Origin: a bacterium
Lineage (GTDB): Bacteria; UBA8248
Assembly: GCA_965261085.1 (NCBI GenBank)
Contig: OZ253442.1
Coordinates: 3,840,001-3,904,000 of the forward strand
Direction: 5' to 3'
Length of the DNA stretch: 64,000 nucleotides
Of the stretch, positions 1 through 10,361 are shown in pieces. The first letter of the stretch is position 1, and each line of letters starts with the position of its first letter. The translations under genes were made by a program, and so were the position numbers. The notes beneath the pieces are model-generated. The model was not told the DNA's origin and did no database searches. It saw only the letters and a program-made list of their open reading frames with translations.

Positions 1-526
1 CCGTGCGATATGATTTCAGTAAATTTTCCGCGAATTTTTGCGACTCTGGTGTGATGAAGAAATCATCAACCCGAACCTGGGTTTCATATCCTTCCGCCTC
101 AAGAAGGTAAAGATACTGATCCACCAAATGAGAAACATCTCGCGGAGGAACTACACGGTTGCTCAAAAGCCAGCCCCGGCTATCGGTCCCATACCCGATT
201 TGCCGCCTTGCTCCTATCCACTTCGCCATGAGGGCTGCACGGAAGCTATTGGGCAGAATCCACGCATAATCCACCGTCTCGTTTTTTAACATTCTCCTTA
301 AAGCAATGAAGCTGCTCCATTTCCCCGCATCGAGCGATAAGACCCGATCAACCCAGGGAAAACTGCGGAGCAACCCAGTAGTCCAGGGACCTGCCGCCGC
401 CATCAGCCTCGCCTCAGGATGCGCTCTTCTCAATGATGAAAAAAAAGGAGCGGACATCGCCGTGTCACCTATCCATGTGGGCGTCACTACAAGATGCAAC
501 TCTCCCTGATGGGCATCACCGCTCAA
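1..526 (-). CDS. waaF: ADP-heptose:LPS heptosyltransferase II (GT9), runs off the left edge
   Basis: Not in the ORF track. Manual translation of the minus strand gives ...LVVTPTWIGDTAMSAPFFSSLRRAHPEARL...AWILPNSFRAALMA...RQIGYGTDSRGWLL, matching the WaaF PxWxGDxxM and LPNS motifs. TTG at 526 follows GGAGGA. Confidence 0.85.
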   Translation of the reverse strand, partial: MSGDAHQGELHLVVTPTWIGDTAMSAPFFSSLRRAHPEARLMAAAGPWTTGLLRSFPWVDRVLSLDAGKWSSFIALRRMLKNETVDYAWILPNSFRAALMAKWIGARRQIGYGTDSRGWLLSNRVVPPRDVSHLVDQYLYLLEAEGYETQVRVDDFFITPESQKFAENLLKSYRT

Positions 527-713
527 GCTCGATTCCTCCCCGATGAGTCGCCTCACCTTGAGTCATGGGGAAAACACTAAAACTCCCTTTCTTTCAACGC
601 TATCAACCGACGTTATAGGCGTCAATGAGCATGAAACCATGCTTTGCAATACCGCAAATGCTCATATAGTGTGACGTGAGAGTATTGAGTGCCCGTCTCC
701 CAGAGGATTCCCC

Positions 714-1931
714 TTGAAAACATTGCACCGATATATCCTGGGTGAATTGGTGTCCTATCTGCTCATATCCTTGTTCTTCCTTACCTTCGTACTCCTGCTA
801 CACAAAATGTTCCTATTCACGGATTTGGTGGTGAACCGCGGAGTGCCACTCTCGATTGTAGCGCAATTTCTTTTCGCCGCCTTGCCCGTTCTCATCCTCG
901 TTACCTTGCCCATGTCCACTCTGATTTCCTGCATCATGGTATTCAGCCGCCTGTCGAGCGATAACGAATCCCTGGCGATGACCGCCTCCGGCATGACCTT
1001 CTACTCTCAACTCATCCCCGTGGGAGTGGTGGGCATAACCACTGCTGTCCTGAGCGGATTCCTCATGATGTTCGGTCTCCCCTGGAGCCAAAACACCACA
1101 CTGGAACTCCGCCAGGAGATGCTTCGCAGTCGAGCCGCCACATTCGATCTTCGAGAACAGGTATTTCACGACAGTTTTGATGGAATCATGTTCTACGTGC
1201 GAGAAATAGATGGGTCGGACAAAGTCATGAAAGGCATCATGATTTCAGACACAAGAGAGGCCGGAAAAAACCGGGTCATCTTTGCCGAGCGTGGTATGCT
1301 AATCAAATCCCCTACATCCCCTAAAGTATGGCTGCGCCTCGTCAGAGGAACCATCCACACGGTCAGCGAACCCGAAAAAGCCTCCGGCAAGAAAACCGGC
1401 ACGCATGATAGTTCCTCTCTCTCCAGAAACCATTACCAAATCGCGCGCTTCGGAAACTACGACCTCAATTTAGAACTCACGAAAACCATCGGAAAAACCA
1501 AAGCGCTTCGGAGAAGCCTGCGATCTTTTCCATTACATGAACTCAGAAACAAACTCAAAAAACATGAGCCTGGAACAAGCCGGTACAACGCCATTCTCGT
1601 GGAGTTGCACAAGAAATTCTCGGTACCCTTCACATGCCTTATCCTGGCGTTCCTGGGGGCGCCTCTTGGCGTACAGAACAAACGCTCAGGACGCCATGGC
1701 GGCTTCGCCCTGAGCTTGGGCATTCTGATTCTCTATTATATGGTCGTCACCTTCGCCGAAGGCATCGCAGAAAGCGGGCGAATCACTCCTTTCGTCGCCG
1801 TCTGGAGCCCGAACATATTATTGGCTTTCCTCGCGGGATTCATGGTGCGAACCGTAGGGCGGCGCAACACCATCGATATTTGGGGTCTGTTCCTCAAACC
1901 TTTTTCCCTGTTCAGCCGAAGCAAATCATAA
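714..1931 (+). CDS. lptF: LPS export ABC transporter permease LptF
   Basis: YjgP/YjgQ architecture: TLHRYILGE N-terminus, SRLSSDNE-x-AM-x-ASG motif, periplasmic domain, ELHKKFSVPF...GAPLG C-terminal helices; paired with lptG. Confidence 0.9.
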   Translation: MKTLHRYILGELVSYLLISLFFLTFVLLLHKMFLFTDLVVNRGVPLSIVAQFLFAALPVLILVTLPMSTLISCIMVFSRLSSDNESLAMTASGMTFYSQLIPVGVVGITTAVLSGFLMMFGLPWSQNTTLELRQEMLRSRAATFDLREQVFHDSFDGIMFYVREIDGSDKVMKGIMISDTREAGKNRVIFAERGMLIKSPTSPKVWLRLVRGTIHTVSEPEKASGKKTGTHDSSSLSRNHYQIARFGNYDLNLELTKTIGKTKALRRSLRSFPLHELRNKLKKHEPGTSRYNAILVELHKKFSVPFTCLILAFLGAPLGVQNKRSGRHGGFALSLGILILYYMVVTFAEGIAESGRITPFVAVWSPNILLAFLAGFMVRTVGRRNTIDIWGLFLKPFSLFSRSKS

Positions 1932-1940
1932 ATTCCCGCC

Positions 1941-3029
1941 ATGACCTTACTGAGCCGCTACATCCTGAAACAGTTTTTAAGAATGGTATTTCTTTGCCAG
2001 TCAGGAGCCATCACTCTCTTCCTCATCGCGGAGTTTATCGAGCGCATCGATGATTTTATCGAAGAGAACGCGACCCTGGCCGACGGATCCCTGTATTTTC
2101 TATACAAAATTCCCCATCTCGTTTTTCTCTCTGTTCCGCTCACCGTTCTGATGGCGAGTACTTTTACGCTGATTCTTTTTTCGAGAGAAAACGAAGTTCT
2201 CGCCATGCGCGCCAACGGCTTGAGTCTCTACCGAATCATTACACCAATCCTCCTCGCCAGCTTGGGAATCAGCCTCCTTACTTTCTTGGCTAATGAATAT
2301 ATTGTTCCACATACCAACAAGCAGGGAGAATATATCCGGCGAGTCAACATCCAGAAAATCGGCTTGCGAACGCATGCCCAGAGAGACAAAATATGGTATC
2401 GCTCAGGAAACAACACCATCTGGCAAATCACGCACTATGACCCATCCTCGGAAAAAATGAGAGGCGTTACTCTATACAGAATGGATCCGCACAATCGCTT
2501 AACACAACGTATTGACGCGATTGAGGCTGTTTGGGCGCCTGTGAAAAAGCATTGGGAATTTCTCCAGGGCGTAATCCATGACTTTTCAGATGAAGGGAAA
2601 ATCAAACGCGAAACTTTTCAGAAAAAATTTTTTGCGCTTGAGGAAAACCCGGAAGATTTCAAAAAAACAGGCCGAAATCCGGAGACGATGAATTATCAGG
2701 AACTCACTCGCTACATCGAAAGCTTGAGTAAAAACGGTGTGGACCCGACCCGCTACGTCGTAGATATGTGGGCAAAAATTTCTGCTCCATTCATCAGTTT
2801 TGTATTGGCCTTCGTGGGTGTACCTTTTTGTATTCGAAACAGCAGAAGCGGAGGAGTCGCTCTAGGAGTCGCCATCGCCATCGGAATCGGCGCCATCTAT
2901 CTCGTTCTTTTCCATGCAAGTCTTTCGTTTGGACATGCCGGACGCCTGCCACCCATCCTGGCGGCCTGGGGACCCAATGCCATTTTCTTCGCGGGTGGAG
3001 CTTATTTTCTCGCTTCCATAAGGGGATAA
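1941..3029 (+). CDS. lptG: LPS export ABC transporter permease LptG
   Basis: LLSRYILKQF start, SRENEVLAMRANGLS motif, LPPILAAWGPN C-terminus; directly follows lptF. Confidence 0.9.
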   Translation: MTLLSRYILKQFLRMVFLCQSGAITLFLIAEFIERIDDFIEENATLADGSLYFLYKIPHLVFLSVPLTVLMASTFTLILFSRENEVLAMRANGLSLYRIITPILLASLGISLLTFLANEYIVPHTNKQGEYIRRVNIQKIGLRTHAQRDKIWYRSGNNTIWQITHYDPSSEKMRGVTLYRMDPHNRLTQRIDAIEAVWAPVKKHWEFLQGVIHDFSDEGKIKRETFQKKFFALEENPEDFKKTGRNPETMNYQELTRYIESLSKNGVDPTRYVVDMWAKISAPFISFVLAFVGVPFCIRNSRSGGVALGVAIAIGIGAIYLVLFHASLSFGHAGRLPPILAAWGPNAIFFAGGAYFLASIRG

Positions 3030-3038
3030 CGCGTCCAT

Positions 3039-4124
3039 TCAAGACGAAAATACTTTCTTCTCGATCATGGCGGTCAAGTTCATCTCATCATCGATTCTCA
3101 TCATCACGCGAAGGACACGAAGCGGCACGTTACTCAACAATACAGACAGCTTTACCGCATCTTTTTCCGTAGTGAGAATAAAATCGGCCTTCGTTTTCTG
3201 CAGCGATGAAACAAGGCGCACGCCATCCGCCAACGCGTAATGAGCGTGGTCCGGATATTCGTGGTGCATCATCACCTCGACATTCAACGATTCAAGCGTT
3301 TTCTCGAAACCATACGGATTTCCCAAGCCACTCACGGCGACGACTTTGGCGCCTTTCAACTCGTCTGGTAAGCCCACTTTCTCTCCTCTTGAATCCAGGA
3401 GCGCATCGGGCTCAAGATGCCCCGTGAACAATGGAATATCCGGGATAAGAGACCGAATTTCCTTTTTCGTACGATCGGCACATTCGCCCGTCATCAAAAC
3501 AGCGTCTGCACGCTTGAGAGCCGAAACAGGCTCCCGGAGAACACCTGCGGGAATCACCCGGCCATTTCCAATAGGATAATCCCCGCGTAAAACCACCACA
3601 TCCATATCCCGGGAAAGAGCCAGGTGTTGAAACCCATCGTCGAGAACAATTACATCCGCTCCGAATTCCTCCACTGCCTTTTCCGCGACTAAAGAACGGT
3701 CCCAACCCGTTAAAACGAGAAGGTCTGGATAGCGGCGGGCAAGCATGGCCGCTTCATCCGCGGCCGGCGGCACCGACATCAACCGCCCCTCCCCATCACC
3801 CACAACCATCACATCCTTGGGTCTTCCCCCATAGCCCCTGCTCACCACAGCGGGCTTTCGTCCTTTCGAGGTCAGTTTTTCCACCAGCCATGCGACTGTG
3901 GGCGTCTTCCCCGTCCCCCCCAGAGCAAGGTTGCCAATCGAAATGACAGGTACGGGATTTTTCCCAACACGGGCTTTTCCAGTTTCGTAACGCCGGCGTC
4001 GACGCGCCATTGCAGCGCCATAGAGACTTCCCAAGGGATGGAGGCCCTTGGTCAACACACGGGACCAAGCCGGGGATGAAGGGTTATCCTCCCAGGCCAT
4101 CAGAATTCCGCGGCGAATACTCAT
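3039..4124 (-). CDS. lpxK: Tetraacyldisaccharide 4'-kinase
   Basis: VPVISIGNLALGGTGKTP, VSRGYGG, LDDGFQH, PAGVLREP and TTEKDAVK motifs. Confidence 0.95.
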   Translation of the reverse strand: MSIRRGILMAWEDNPSSPAWSRVLTKGLHPLGSLYGAAMARRRRRYETGKARVGKNPVPVISIGNLALGGTGKTPTVAWLVEKLTSKGRKPAVVSRGYGGRPKDVMVVGDGEGRLMSVPPAADEAAMLARRYPDLLVLTGWDRSLVAEKAVEEFGADVIVLDDGFQHLALSRDMDVVVLRGDYPIGNGRVIPAGVLREPVSALKRADAVLMTGECADRTKKEIRSLIPDIPLFTGHLEPDALLDSRGEKVGLPDELKGAKVVAVSGLGNPYGFEKTLESLNVEVMMHHEYPDHAHYALADGVRLVSSLQKTKADFILTTEKDAVKLSVLLSNVPLRVLRVMMRIDDEMNLTAMIEKKVFSS

Positions 4125-5392
4125 GCGGCTCCCTCATCCGATTCCGCCAGGATTTGAACGATATATTCCGCAGTTCGCTCGGAAGCGCCCCGGTTGTTCT
4201 GCACTACCCGGCGGGCCGCCTCACCTGCCTGATTTCGGGATACCGGATCGTTCAACCATTTCATTACGGCCGCCTCCAGATTCTCCCGCCCGTTCAGTTG
4301 AACCGCGCCGCCTTGTTTCACCATCTCGCACGTCACCTCGGCGAAATTCTCCATGTGAGGACCGCACAGGCACGGCACCGCCCAACGCGCCGCCTCAATG
4401 GGGTTCTGGCCGCCATGAGGAATGAAACTTCCCCCGATGATCGCCATCGTCGCGCCGCCATACGCATCCGCCAGTTCTCCCATCACATCCAGGATGACTA
4501 CTTGATGCGCACCGCCTGTATTTTTTATACGGCTCCACCTCACAGGAGAAATACCCGAGTTCTGCAGATCCGCCTCTACCTGATCCACCCTTTCCAAATG
4601 GCGCGGCGCGAGGAGGAGGCCCACTCCGGGTATTTTCCGATCTATGGATGACAATACCTCTCCAATCAGTTTCTCTTCTCCCGGATGCGTACTGCCCGCC
4701 ACAACGACATGCTTACAAGCGCTCAAACCATATGCCCCATGCGGGGGCTCCTGAAGCGGCACAGGCGTGTCAAATTTAATGTTCCCCGAAACTCGCACGG
4801 AAGTTGCGCCCAAACTCCGAAACCGCTCGGCATCACTTTCTTCACGCGCCAGCACGTCTCTTAAATACTCGAGAACCGGAGAGAAAAAGAACTGAAAGCG
4901 TTTGTAACGACGGTACGAGCGCTCAGAAAGCCTCCCGTTGATGATGGACACAGGTATCTTACGTCTCGCCGTCTCAGCCACGAGATTCGGCCATACTTCC
5001 GTCTCTATGAGTGCGATCATGGACGGTTGAATGCGCTTCAAGGCGGAGCGGACAATTGAAGGAAAATCCAGCGGTAAATAGATGAGTTGCTCGACTCCCG
5101 ATATTTTTCTCGCCTCGTTTCTTCCTGTTTGCGTCAACGTGGAAAGCACGATTTTGAGTTCCGGCTTCTTTCTTAAAAGCGCGGGTATCAAGGCGGCGGC
5201 CACACCCACTTCCCCCACAGATACGGCATGCAGCCAAAGACGCCCTCCCTTCGAATCGGGCAACTCGGGAAGAAAGCCGAACCTTTCACGAACAGCGCGA
5301 AGGTCAAACCCCCGGAACCACAAACGGATGAGAAAATATACGAGCAAAACAGGAGAAATGAGAAGAATAATGACATTGTAGAGAAACAGCAT
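4121..5392 (-). CDS. waaA: Kdo transferase
   Basis: WLHAVSVGE, IETEVWPN, INGRLS, AGSTHPGEE, APRHLER and GGQNPIEAA motifs. Confidence 0.95.
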   Translation of the reverse strand: MLFLYNVIILLISPVLLVYFLIRLWFRGFDLRAVRERFGFLPELPDSKGGRLWLHAVSVGEVGVAAALIPALLRKKPELKIVLSTLTQTGRNEARKISGVEQLIYLPLDFPSIVRSALKRIQPSMIALIETEVWPNLVAETARRKIPVSIINGRLSERSYRRYKRFQFFFSPVLEYLRDVLAREESDAERFRSLGATSVRVSGNIKFDTPVPLQEPPHGAYGLSACKHVVVAGSTHPGEEKLIGEVLSSIDRKIPGVGLLLAPRHLERVDQVEADLQNSGISPVRWSRIKNTGGAHQVVILDVMGELADAYGGATMAIIGGSFIPHGGQNPIEAARWAVPCLCGPHMENFAEVTCEMVKQGGAVQLNGRENLEAAVMKWLNDPVSRNQAGEAARRVVQNNRGASERTAEYIVQILAESDEGAA

Positions 5393-5399
5393 TAGCGGT

Positions 5400-6131
5400 T
5401 CACTCCCCCGCTGTATTTTTCAGATAGGATTTTGCTTCCTCATTCGCATGAATGAGCCGCTTTTCGATTTCTGCGTGCTTTGCCTCCAACACTCCCTTAT
5501 CACGGGTGCGAGGGACCTCCAGAGGCTCCCCACAACAAACAACGAGTTTCCCGAACGGCAGGGGGAAAATCGTCTTGTCCCAAGTGGGGATGGTGAAAAA
5601 GCGAGATGCCGCAAAAGCGACCGGGCAAATTGGATACCCCGTGACGCTCGCCAAAGATATCGCCCCCATTTTCACTCTCTGCGGCGGGCCCTTCGGGCCG
5701 TCAGGCGTGATGACGAGTTGATGTTCCCCTTTTTTCGCCACTCGGACCATCTGCCGAAATGCAGCGGCCCCTCCTTTATCCGTTCCATCCAAAGAAGAGG
5801 AAGAGCCTCTCATGCATCGGGTATTGAACCTCGACAGCGCCTGAGCGAGTAATTCTCCGTCCCGGCTTCTGCTCGCCATACATGTGAAGTGAAAATTATT
5901 CGGATTAAAGAAGGCGGGCAGCCCCAAATGATGATGCCAGAGCGCCCAGATAAATTTTTCATTACGCTTGCGGCTCATTTTTTCATTCGATTCCGTTTTC
6001 GGCACGATGATTGATGAAGTTGCGCGCACCGCTTTAAAATAACCAGCGATAAACAAACCGCTCAGCCACGCCGAAAGCGGCGCGTCGGGGTTTCGTCCCC
6101 ATTCATCATAAGCGACCGAATCTTCATCCAT
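5400..6131 (-). CDS. DUF374 lysophospholipid-acyltransferase family protein (LpxJ-like candidate lipid A secondary acyltransferase)
   Basis: ALWH, ASRSRDGE, RGSSS, ITPDGPKGP and TWDK...PLPFGK motifs; located between lpxB and waaA. Start placed at ATG 6131. Confidence 0.75.
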   Translation of the reverse strand: MDEDSVAYDEWGRNPDAPLSAWLSGLFIAGYFKAVRATSSIIVPKTESNEKMSRKRNEKFIWALWHHHLGLPAFFNPNNFHFTCMASRSRDGELLAQALSRFNTRCMRGSSSSLDGTDKGGAAAFRQMVRVAKKGEHQLVITPDGPKGPPQRVKMGAISLASVTGYPICPVAFAASRFFTIPTWDKTIFPLPFGKLVVCCGEPLEVPRTRDKGVLEAKHAEIEKRLIHANEEAKSYLKNTAGE

Positions 6132-7311
6132 GCTGCTCGTCCTGCGCCTCAAAGCCGAGTTCTGTCGCTATATGCGTCGCGGCGCATGCATAGGGGTCCA
6201 CGCCTTCCAGGGCGTTTTGAATCCTCTCAAAAGCCCTGACTTGCCTTGCCCTGACGCCATCATCCAAAAGCACTTTCCTTAACGCATTTGCAATGGGCTG
6301 TGGGCGCACCTGTTTTTGACACAACTCGGGAACCGCCTCATAGCCAGACAATAAATTCACCAGGCTGATATAATCCACTTGAATCAAAAAATACTTGACC
6401 AGTGTATACGAAAGCAGATCCCCGACATATAGAACAACCATCGGCACACCCAAAAGGGCCGTCTCCAGAGAAGCCGTGCCGCTCGCCACGACTACGGCGT
6501 CGGCCGCGCGAATCACCTTTTGTGAATCGCCCCTGACAGGCCGTATTTCGATCCCTGATGGTTTCAATCGATTCGAAACATACCCCTCGGGCAATCCGAC
6601 CGCCTCTGAAATCAAAAAGCGCAACCCCGGCGTTTCCGCATGGATGATCTTCAGCGCATCCACCATGGCATTCATGTGTAAGTCGATTTCTTTGAGCCGA
6701 CTACCCGGGAGAAGCGAAATTACCTTATCGCTCATCGATATACCCAGTGAACGCCGGGCCATTTCTTTTGAAGGCGCATCCCGAAGTTCATAGGCGATGG
6801 GATTGCCGATAAACTTGGCTCTTCCGCCTAACTCGTTAAAAATATGGGGCTCAAAGGGAAATATGTTCAGGGCCAGGTCAAAAACATCCGCAATGGTGCG
6901 GGCGCGGCCTTTCCACCAGGCCCATACCTGGGGAGTGATGAAGTATATGCATTTGGGCGGTTGCGGCAGCTTGCGCACCGAACGCGCGCACGAAAGATTG
7001 AATCCCGGATAATCTACGAAAATCACCGCTTTCGGTTTCTGATTCGAGATCTTCCTCAGCAAATCTTTTTTGATTTTTCTAAGTTTTGGATAAATGCGGG
7101 GAATGCCGCCAAAACCAGTGATAGATATATCGCCGATGTCATGAATTAAGTCGACACCCGCCTCGGCCATGAATTGTCCACCCATCCCGGATAATTGGAG
7201 GTTAGGCATCCTGGCAGCAAGCGCCTTTACTAAATTCGCGGCGTGGACATCTCCAGATGGCTCCCCAGCGACCACCATAATGTCGTTTGTTGAGCGCTCA
7301 TCCCTGCTCAT
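6124..7311 (-). CDS. lpxB: Lipid-A-disaccharide synthase
   Basis: VAGEPSGDVH, VDYPGFN, PQVWAW, LLPGSR and ASGTASLE motifs; likely start ATG 7311. Confidence 0.95.
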   Translation of the reverse strand: MSRDERSTNDIMVVAGEPSGDVHAANLVKALAARMPNLQLSGMGGQFMAEAGVDLIHDIGDISITGFGGIPRIYPKLRKIKKDLLRKISNQKPKAVIFVDYPGFNLSCARSVRKLPQPPKCIYFITPQVWAWWKGRARTIADVFDLALNIFPFEPHIFNELGGRAKFIGNPIAYELRDAPSKEMARRSLGISMSDKVISLLPGSRLKEIDLHMNAMVDALKIIHAETPGLRFLISEAVGLPEGYVSNRLKPSGIEIRPVRGDSQKVIRAADAVVVASGTASLETALLGVPMVVLYVGDLLSYTLVKYFLIQVDYISLVNLLSGYEAVPELCQKQVRPQPIANALRKVLLDDGVRARQVRAFERIQNALEGVDPYACAATHIATELGFEAQDEQHG

Positions 7312-8128
7312 TTTCCGCCCAGCCGACAACGACGATGCCAATTGCGTCGGCTTCCCGTGTCAAGCGCTCACGATCGATGAGAAAAGTTCGCCCAGCCTCC
7401 AAGATCAACACCGAAGCGCCACCTTCGCGCATCACTTGCAAGGTCTCAAGCCCCACTGTAGGTATGTCGTAGCGCATATCCTGCTTGGGACGGGCCACCT
7501 TACAAACGACAGCCCCTTTCCCGGCAAGAGCGCACCCTCTTCGAATCGCCTCATTCGTACCTTCGACACCCTCCACCGCAACCACCGCTCCTTTGTGAAC
7601 CACCACGGTTTGGCCTATATCTAGCGCAGCAACACTCCGGGCTATCTGGAACGCATATTCCGAACTTTTTCGTTGATTTTGGCGCAACTTCTTTTTCGTG
7701 ATGGTCCCACACGGGGTAATGAGATGCTCGAGATACCTGGTTTGGGGCACCACCTTCATCCCGTTTTCTTCCACAAACTCAATTACAGCATCCATAATTG
7801 TTGCATCGGCCATATTCTTGGCGCTTTTCATGAAGCGCAGAACCGTCAGATCGAAGCGCAAAGATTGAAATAAGAGACTTTTCTCCACCTTTCCCACAAG
7901 CCCTATTTCTTCAACATTCTCATCACTAAAAAACCGGATGATTTTATTCGGCTGGGTGGGAGGTATGTGGACGACGGAATCCGCCTCTCTCGATAATGAA
8001 TCCTTGATTTCAGGGGACAAAGCCACTACCGATACACGCTTGCCTCGTTTTTTCGCACAAGATACAAACTCGGATGACAACCTACCCGAACCTGCAACGA
8101 GGCCTATTCTTTCGTGGGAATCCGGCAT
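7298..8128 (-). CDS. lpxI: UDP-2,3-diacylglucosamine pyrophosphatase LpxI
   Basis: IGLVAGSG, LDIGQTVVV, AVEGVEGT and KPQDMRYDIPTVG-type motifs (DUF1009). Confidence 0.9.
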   Translation of the reverse strand: MPDSHERIGLVAGSGRLSSEFVSCAKKRGKRVSVVALSPEIKDSLSREADSVVHIPPTQPNKIIRFFSDENVEEIGLVGKVEKSLLFQSLRFDLTVLRFMKSAKNMADATIMDAVIEFVEENGMKVVPQTRYLEHLITPCGTITKKKLRQNQRKSSEYAFQIARSVAALDIGQTVVVHKGAVVAVEGVEGTNEAIRRGCALAGKGAVVCKVARPKQDMRYDIPTVGLETLQVMREGGASVLILEAGRTFLIDRERLTREADAIGIVVVGWAENEQG

Positions 8129-8136
8129 TGTGGGTT

Positions 8137-9108
8137 TTAGTGGGTTGAGGGCATGGTGCTTTTCAGCATCTCTACGACACGAATGGCGATATCCAAAGAC
8201 CGCAATTCTTTTTCCGGATCAGAAACAACATCCAGGAGCTGTGCCGATTGCAAAAAATGCCGCAGTTCCAGCTTGAGCGGATTGCCTTTGTGGACAAACA
8301 CTCTTTCAACTTGAAATTGCTCGCGGTATTTGAGCTCCTCACGGGTCAATTGGTGCTCACTCTTCGCTTGACGGTGAATTCTGAGTTCCTGGTCCGCATA
8401 ATCGAGTGTAATGAACGCGTCCGGTTGTGATACGGAAAGTGTCCTGATCTTGTTCTGTGTTACCCGGCTCGCGGTGAGGTTCGCCACACACCCACCGGCA
8501 AAACAAATCTGCACATTCGCCACGTCATCCCGATCAGACAAAACACTCGCGCCGGTAGCCGAGAGCAAATCAATTTCCTCGTCCACCAACCGTAAAACGA
8601 TGTCAAGATCGTGAATCATCAAGTCGAGCACCACGCCGTCTTCCCTTACTCTCGGCGAGAAGGGCCCTAACCTGCGGCATTCAATGAGGGTGGGAGCATC
8701 TACAATGTTGCCCAACTCCTGAACGGCTCCGTTAAATCGCTCCACGTGGCCAATATGAAGAACCAAATTATTATTGGTGGCCAATTCGAACAATTTCCGA
8801 GCATCTTCCAACGTTGTACAAATGGGCTTCTCTACCAATACATGAATGCCATTCTCAAGGAATAGCCGGGAAACCGCAAAATGCTGCAAGGTGGGAACAG
8901 CGATAGTAACCGCATCTACACGACCGATCAGATCGGCGGGATCAGAAAACGCCTCCGCCCCGTATCTATCAGCCAATTCTCGAGCGCGGGCGGGAACCAA
9001 GTCACAAACAGCCACCAAGTTCGCGTCCAAAAGCTCAGAAAGCGCAGCTACATGATAACTACCCATATGGCCAACACCGACGACGCCAACTCGAAGAGAA
9101 TCCAGCAT
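8137..9108 (-). CDS. Gfo/Idh/MocA NAD-dependent oxidoreductase, GnnA-like (UDP-GlcNAc 3-dehydrogenase candidate)
   Basis: GVVGVGHMG, HVLVEKP, GHVERFN and DLMIHDLD motifs; located between lpxA and lpxI/lpxB. Confidence 0.75.
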   Translation of the reverse strand: MLDSLRVGVVGVGHMGSYHVAALSELLDANLVAVCDLVPARARELADRYGAEAFSDPADLIGRVDAVTIAVPTLQHFAVSRLFLENGIHVLVEKPICTTLEDARKLFELATNNNLVLHIGHVERFNGAVQELGNIVDAPTLIECRRLGPFSPRVREDGVVLDLMIHDLDIVLRLVDEEIDLLSATGASVLSDRDDVANVQICFAGGCVANLTASRVTQNKIRTLSVSQPDAFITLDYADQELRIHRQAKSEHQLTREELKYREQFQVERVFVHKGNPLKLELRHFLQSAQLLDVVSDPEKELRSLDIAIRVVEMLKSTMPSTH

Positions 9109-9135
9109 GGGCTTAACCTCTTTAAAAACTTGCCC

Positions 9136-9918
9136 TTATACGTGGCCTTGATAGATGCCATTCTTCGAATTCCGCACGAATTCTACCACGGATTGAATTT
9201 CCACTCCTAACGGCACCTGCGTTTCTATTTTCTCAATTTTTTGCGCCATCGTGCCCGGTTCGTCGAAAAGGATTTTATACGCTCTCTTTATATCCGCTCT
9301 CACTTCAGCCGAAACGCCGTTTCTGCGCAAACCAACCACATTCAACCCAATCACGCGTAGAGGATCATCCGTCATTTTGACGAATGGCGGTACATCTTTT
9401 CTCGCCGCCGCAGGACCCACGACAATCGCTCCCTGCCCGACTCGCATACGCTGATGCACGCCAAGGAAGTTGGATAGAAAACATTTATTCCCGACTTCCA
9501 CATGCCCTCCCAAAGAACAATGGTTCACCAGGATAACCTCATCACCTACAAGGCAATCGTGGCCCACACTCGCACCGACCATGATGTAGCAGTTTCTGCC
9601 TATTGTCGTGTTTAGACCCTGGTGCATAGAACGGTGGATTGTCGCCGTCTCGCGGATAATCGTCCCCGCTCCGATTTCTACCCCTCCTGAATCGGATGGC
9701 AAATTGACAACTTGCGCTTCCAGGCCGATGACGGCATTCGGAAAAATCCGACACCCCTCCCCTATAACGGCAGGGCCTTGGATGGTTGCGTTCGGCCCGA
9801 TTTCGCATCCATCCCGAAGAATGACATTTGCGCCCACAAAAGTTCCCGGGCCGATTTTTAAATCCTGCCCGAGTTGTGCTTCCGGGTCGATATGAGAAGT
9901 GGGAGCTATATCGTTCAA
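9136..9918 (-). CDS. lpxA: Acyl-ACP--UDP-N-acetylglucosamine O-acyltransferase
   Basis: Hexapeptide repeats, IRETATIHR, GHDC, GGHV, KDVPPF and GLNVVGLRR motifs. Confidence 0.93.
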   Translation of the reverse strand: MNDIAPTSHIDPEAQLGQDLKIGPGTFVGANVILRDGCEIGPNATIQGPAVIGEGCRIFPNAVIGLEAQVVNLPSDSGGVEIGAGTIIRETATIHRSMHQGLNTTIGRNCYIMVGASVGHDCLVGDEVILVNHCSLGGHVEVGNKCFLSNFLGVHQRMRVGQGAIVVGPAAARKDVPPFVKMTDDPLRVIGLNVVGLRRNGVSAEVRADIKRAYKILFDEPGTMAQKIEKIETQVPLGVEIQSVVEFVRNSKNGIYQGHV

Positions 9919-9920
9919 TG

Positions 9921-10361
9921 TTATTGGGATCGGGGAATCGCATAAGCGGTGAAAAGACCTTCTGTGGCTATCTGACCCCCTGCAAATGCCCGCCCCTCAA
10001 ACTTCCACAACGTCCTTTTGTTTCTCAAGAGCTTTACGCGCAACTCCAACAAATCGCCGGGAACAACCGGACGCCTGAACTTTACCTGCTCGATACCAGT
10101 GAAGAAAAATTCAGCCTCGGGCTCGATCAATTTCAACTCAAACAGGCAAATCAAACCGGTTTGCGCCAATGCTTCTATGACCAATACGCCCGGCATGATG
10201 GGATTGCCAGGGAAATGACCCTCTAAATACGGTTCATCTTCGGTGATATTCTTCTGGGCTACTATAGAAATCTCTTCCGGGTCGAGATCTGTTACCCGAT
10301 CAACCAAAAGAAACGGATCCCGGTGCGGGATTAGCTCCTGTATCCGCTGACTATCCATCAT
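9921..10361 (-). CDS. fabZ: 3-hydroxyacyl-ACP dehydratase
   Basis: [32 protein letters not shown] and [10 protein letters not shown] motifs. Confidence 0.96.
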   Translation of the reverse strand: MMDSQRIQELIPHRDPFLLVDRVTDLDPEEISIVAQKNITEDEPYLEGHFPGNPIMPGVLVIEALAQTGLICLFELKLIEPEAEFFFTGIEQVKFRRPVVPGDLLELRVKLLRNKRTLWKFEGRAFAGGQIATEGLFTAYAIPRSQ

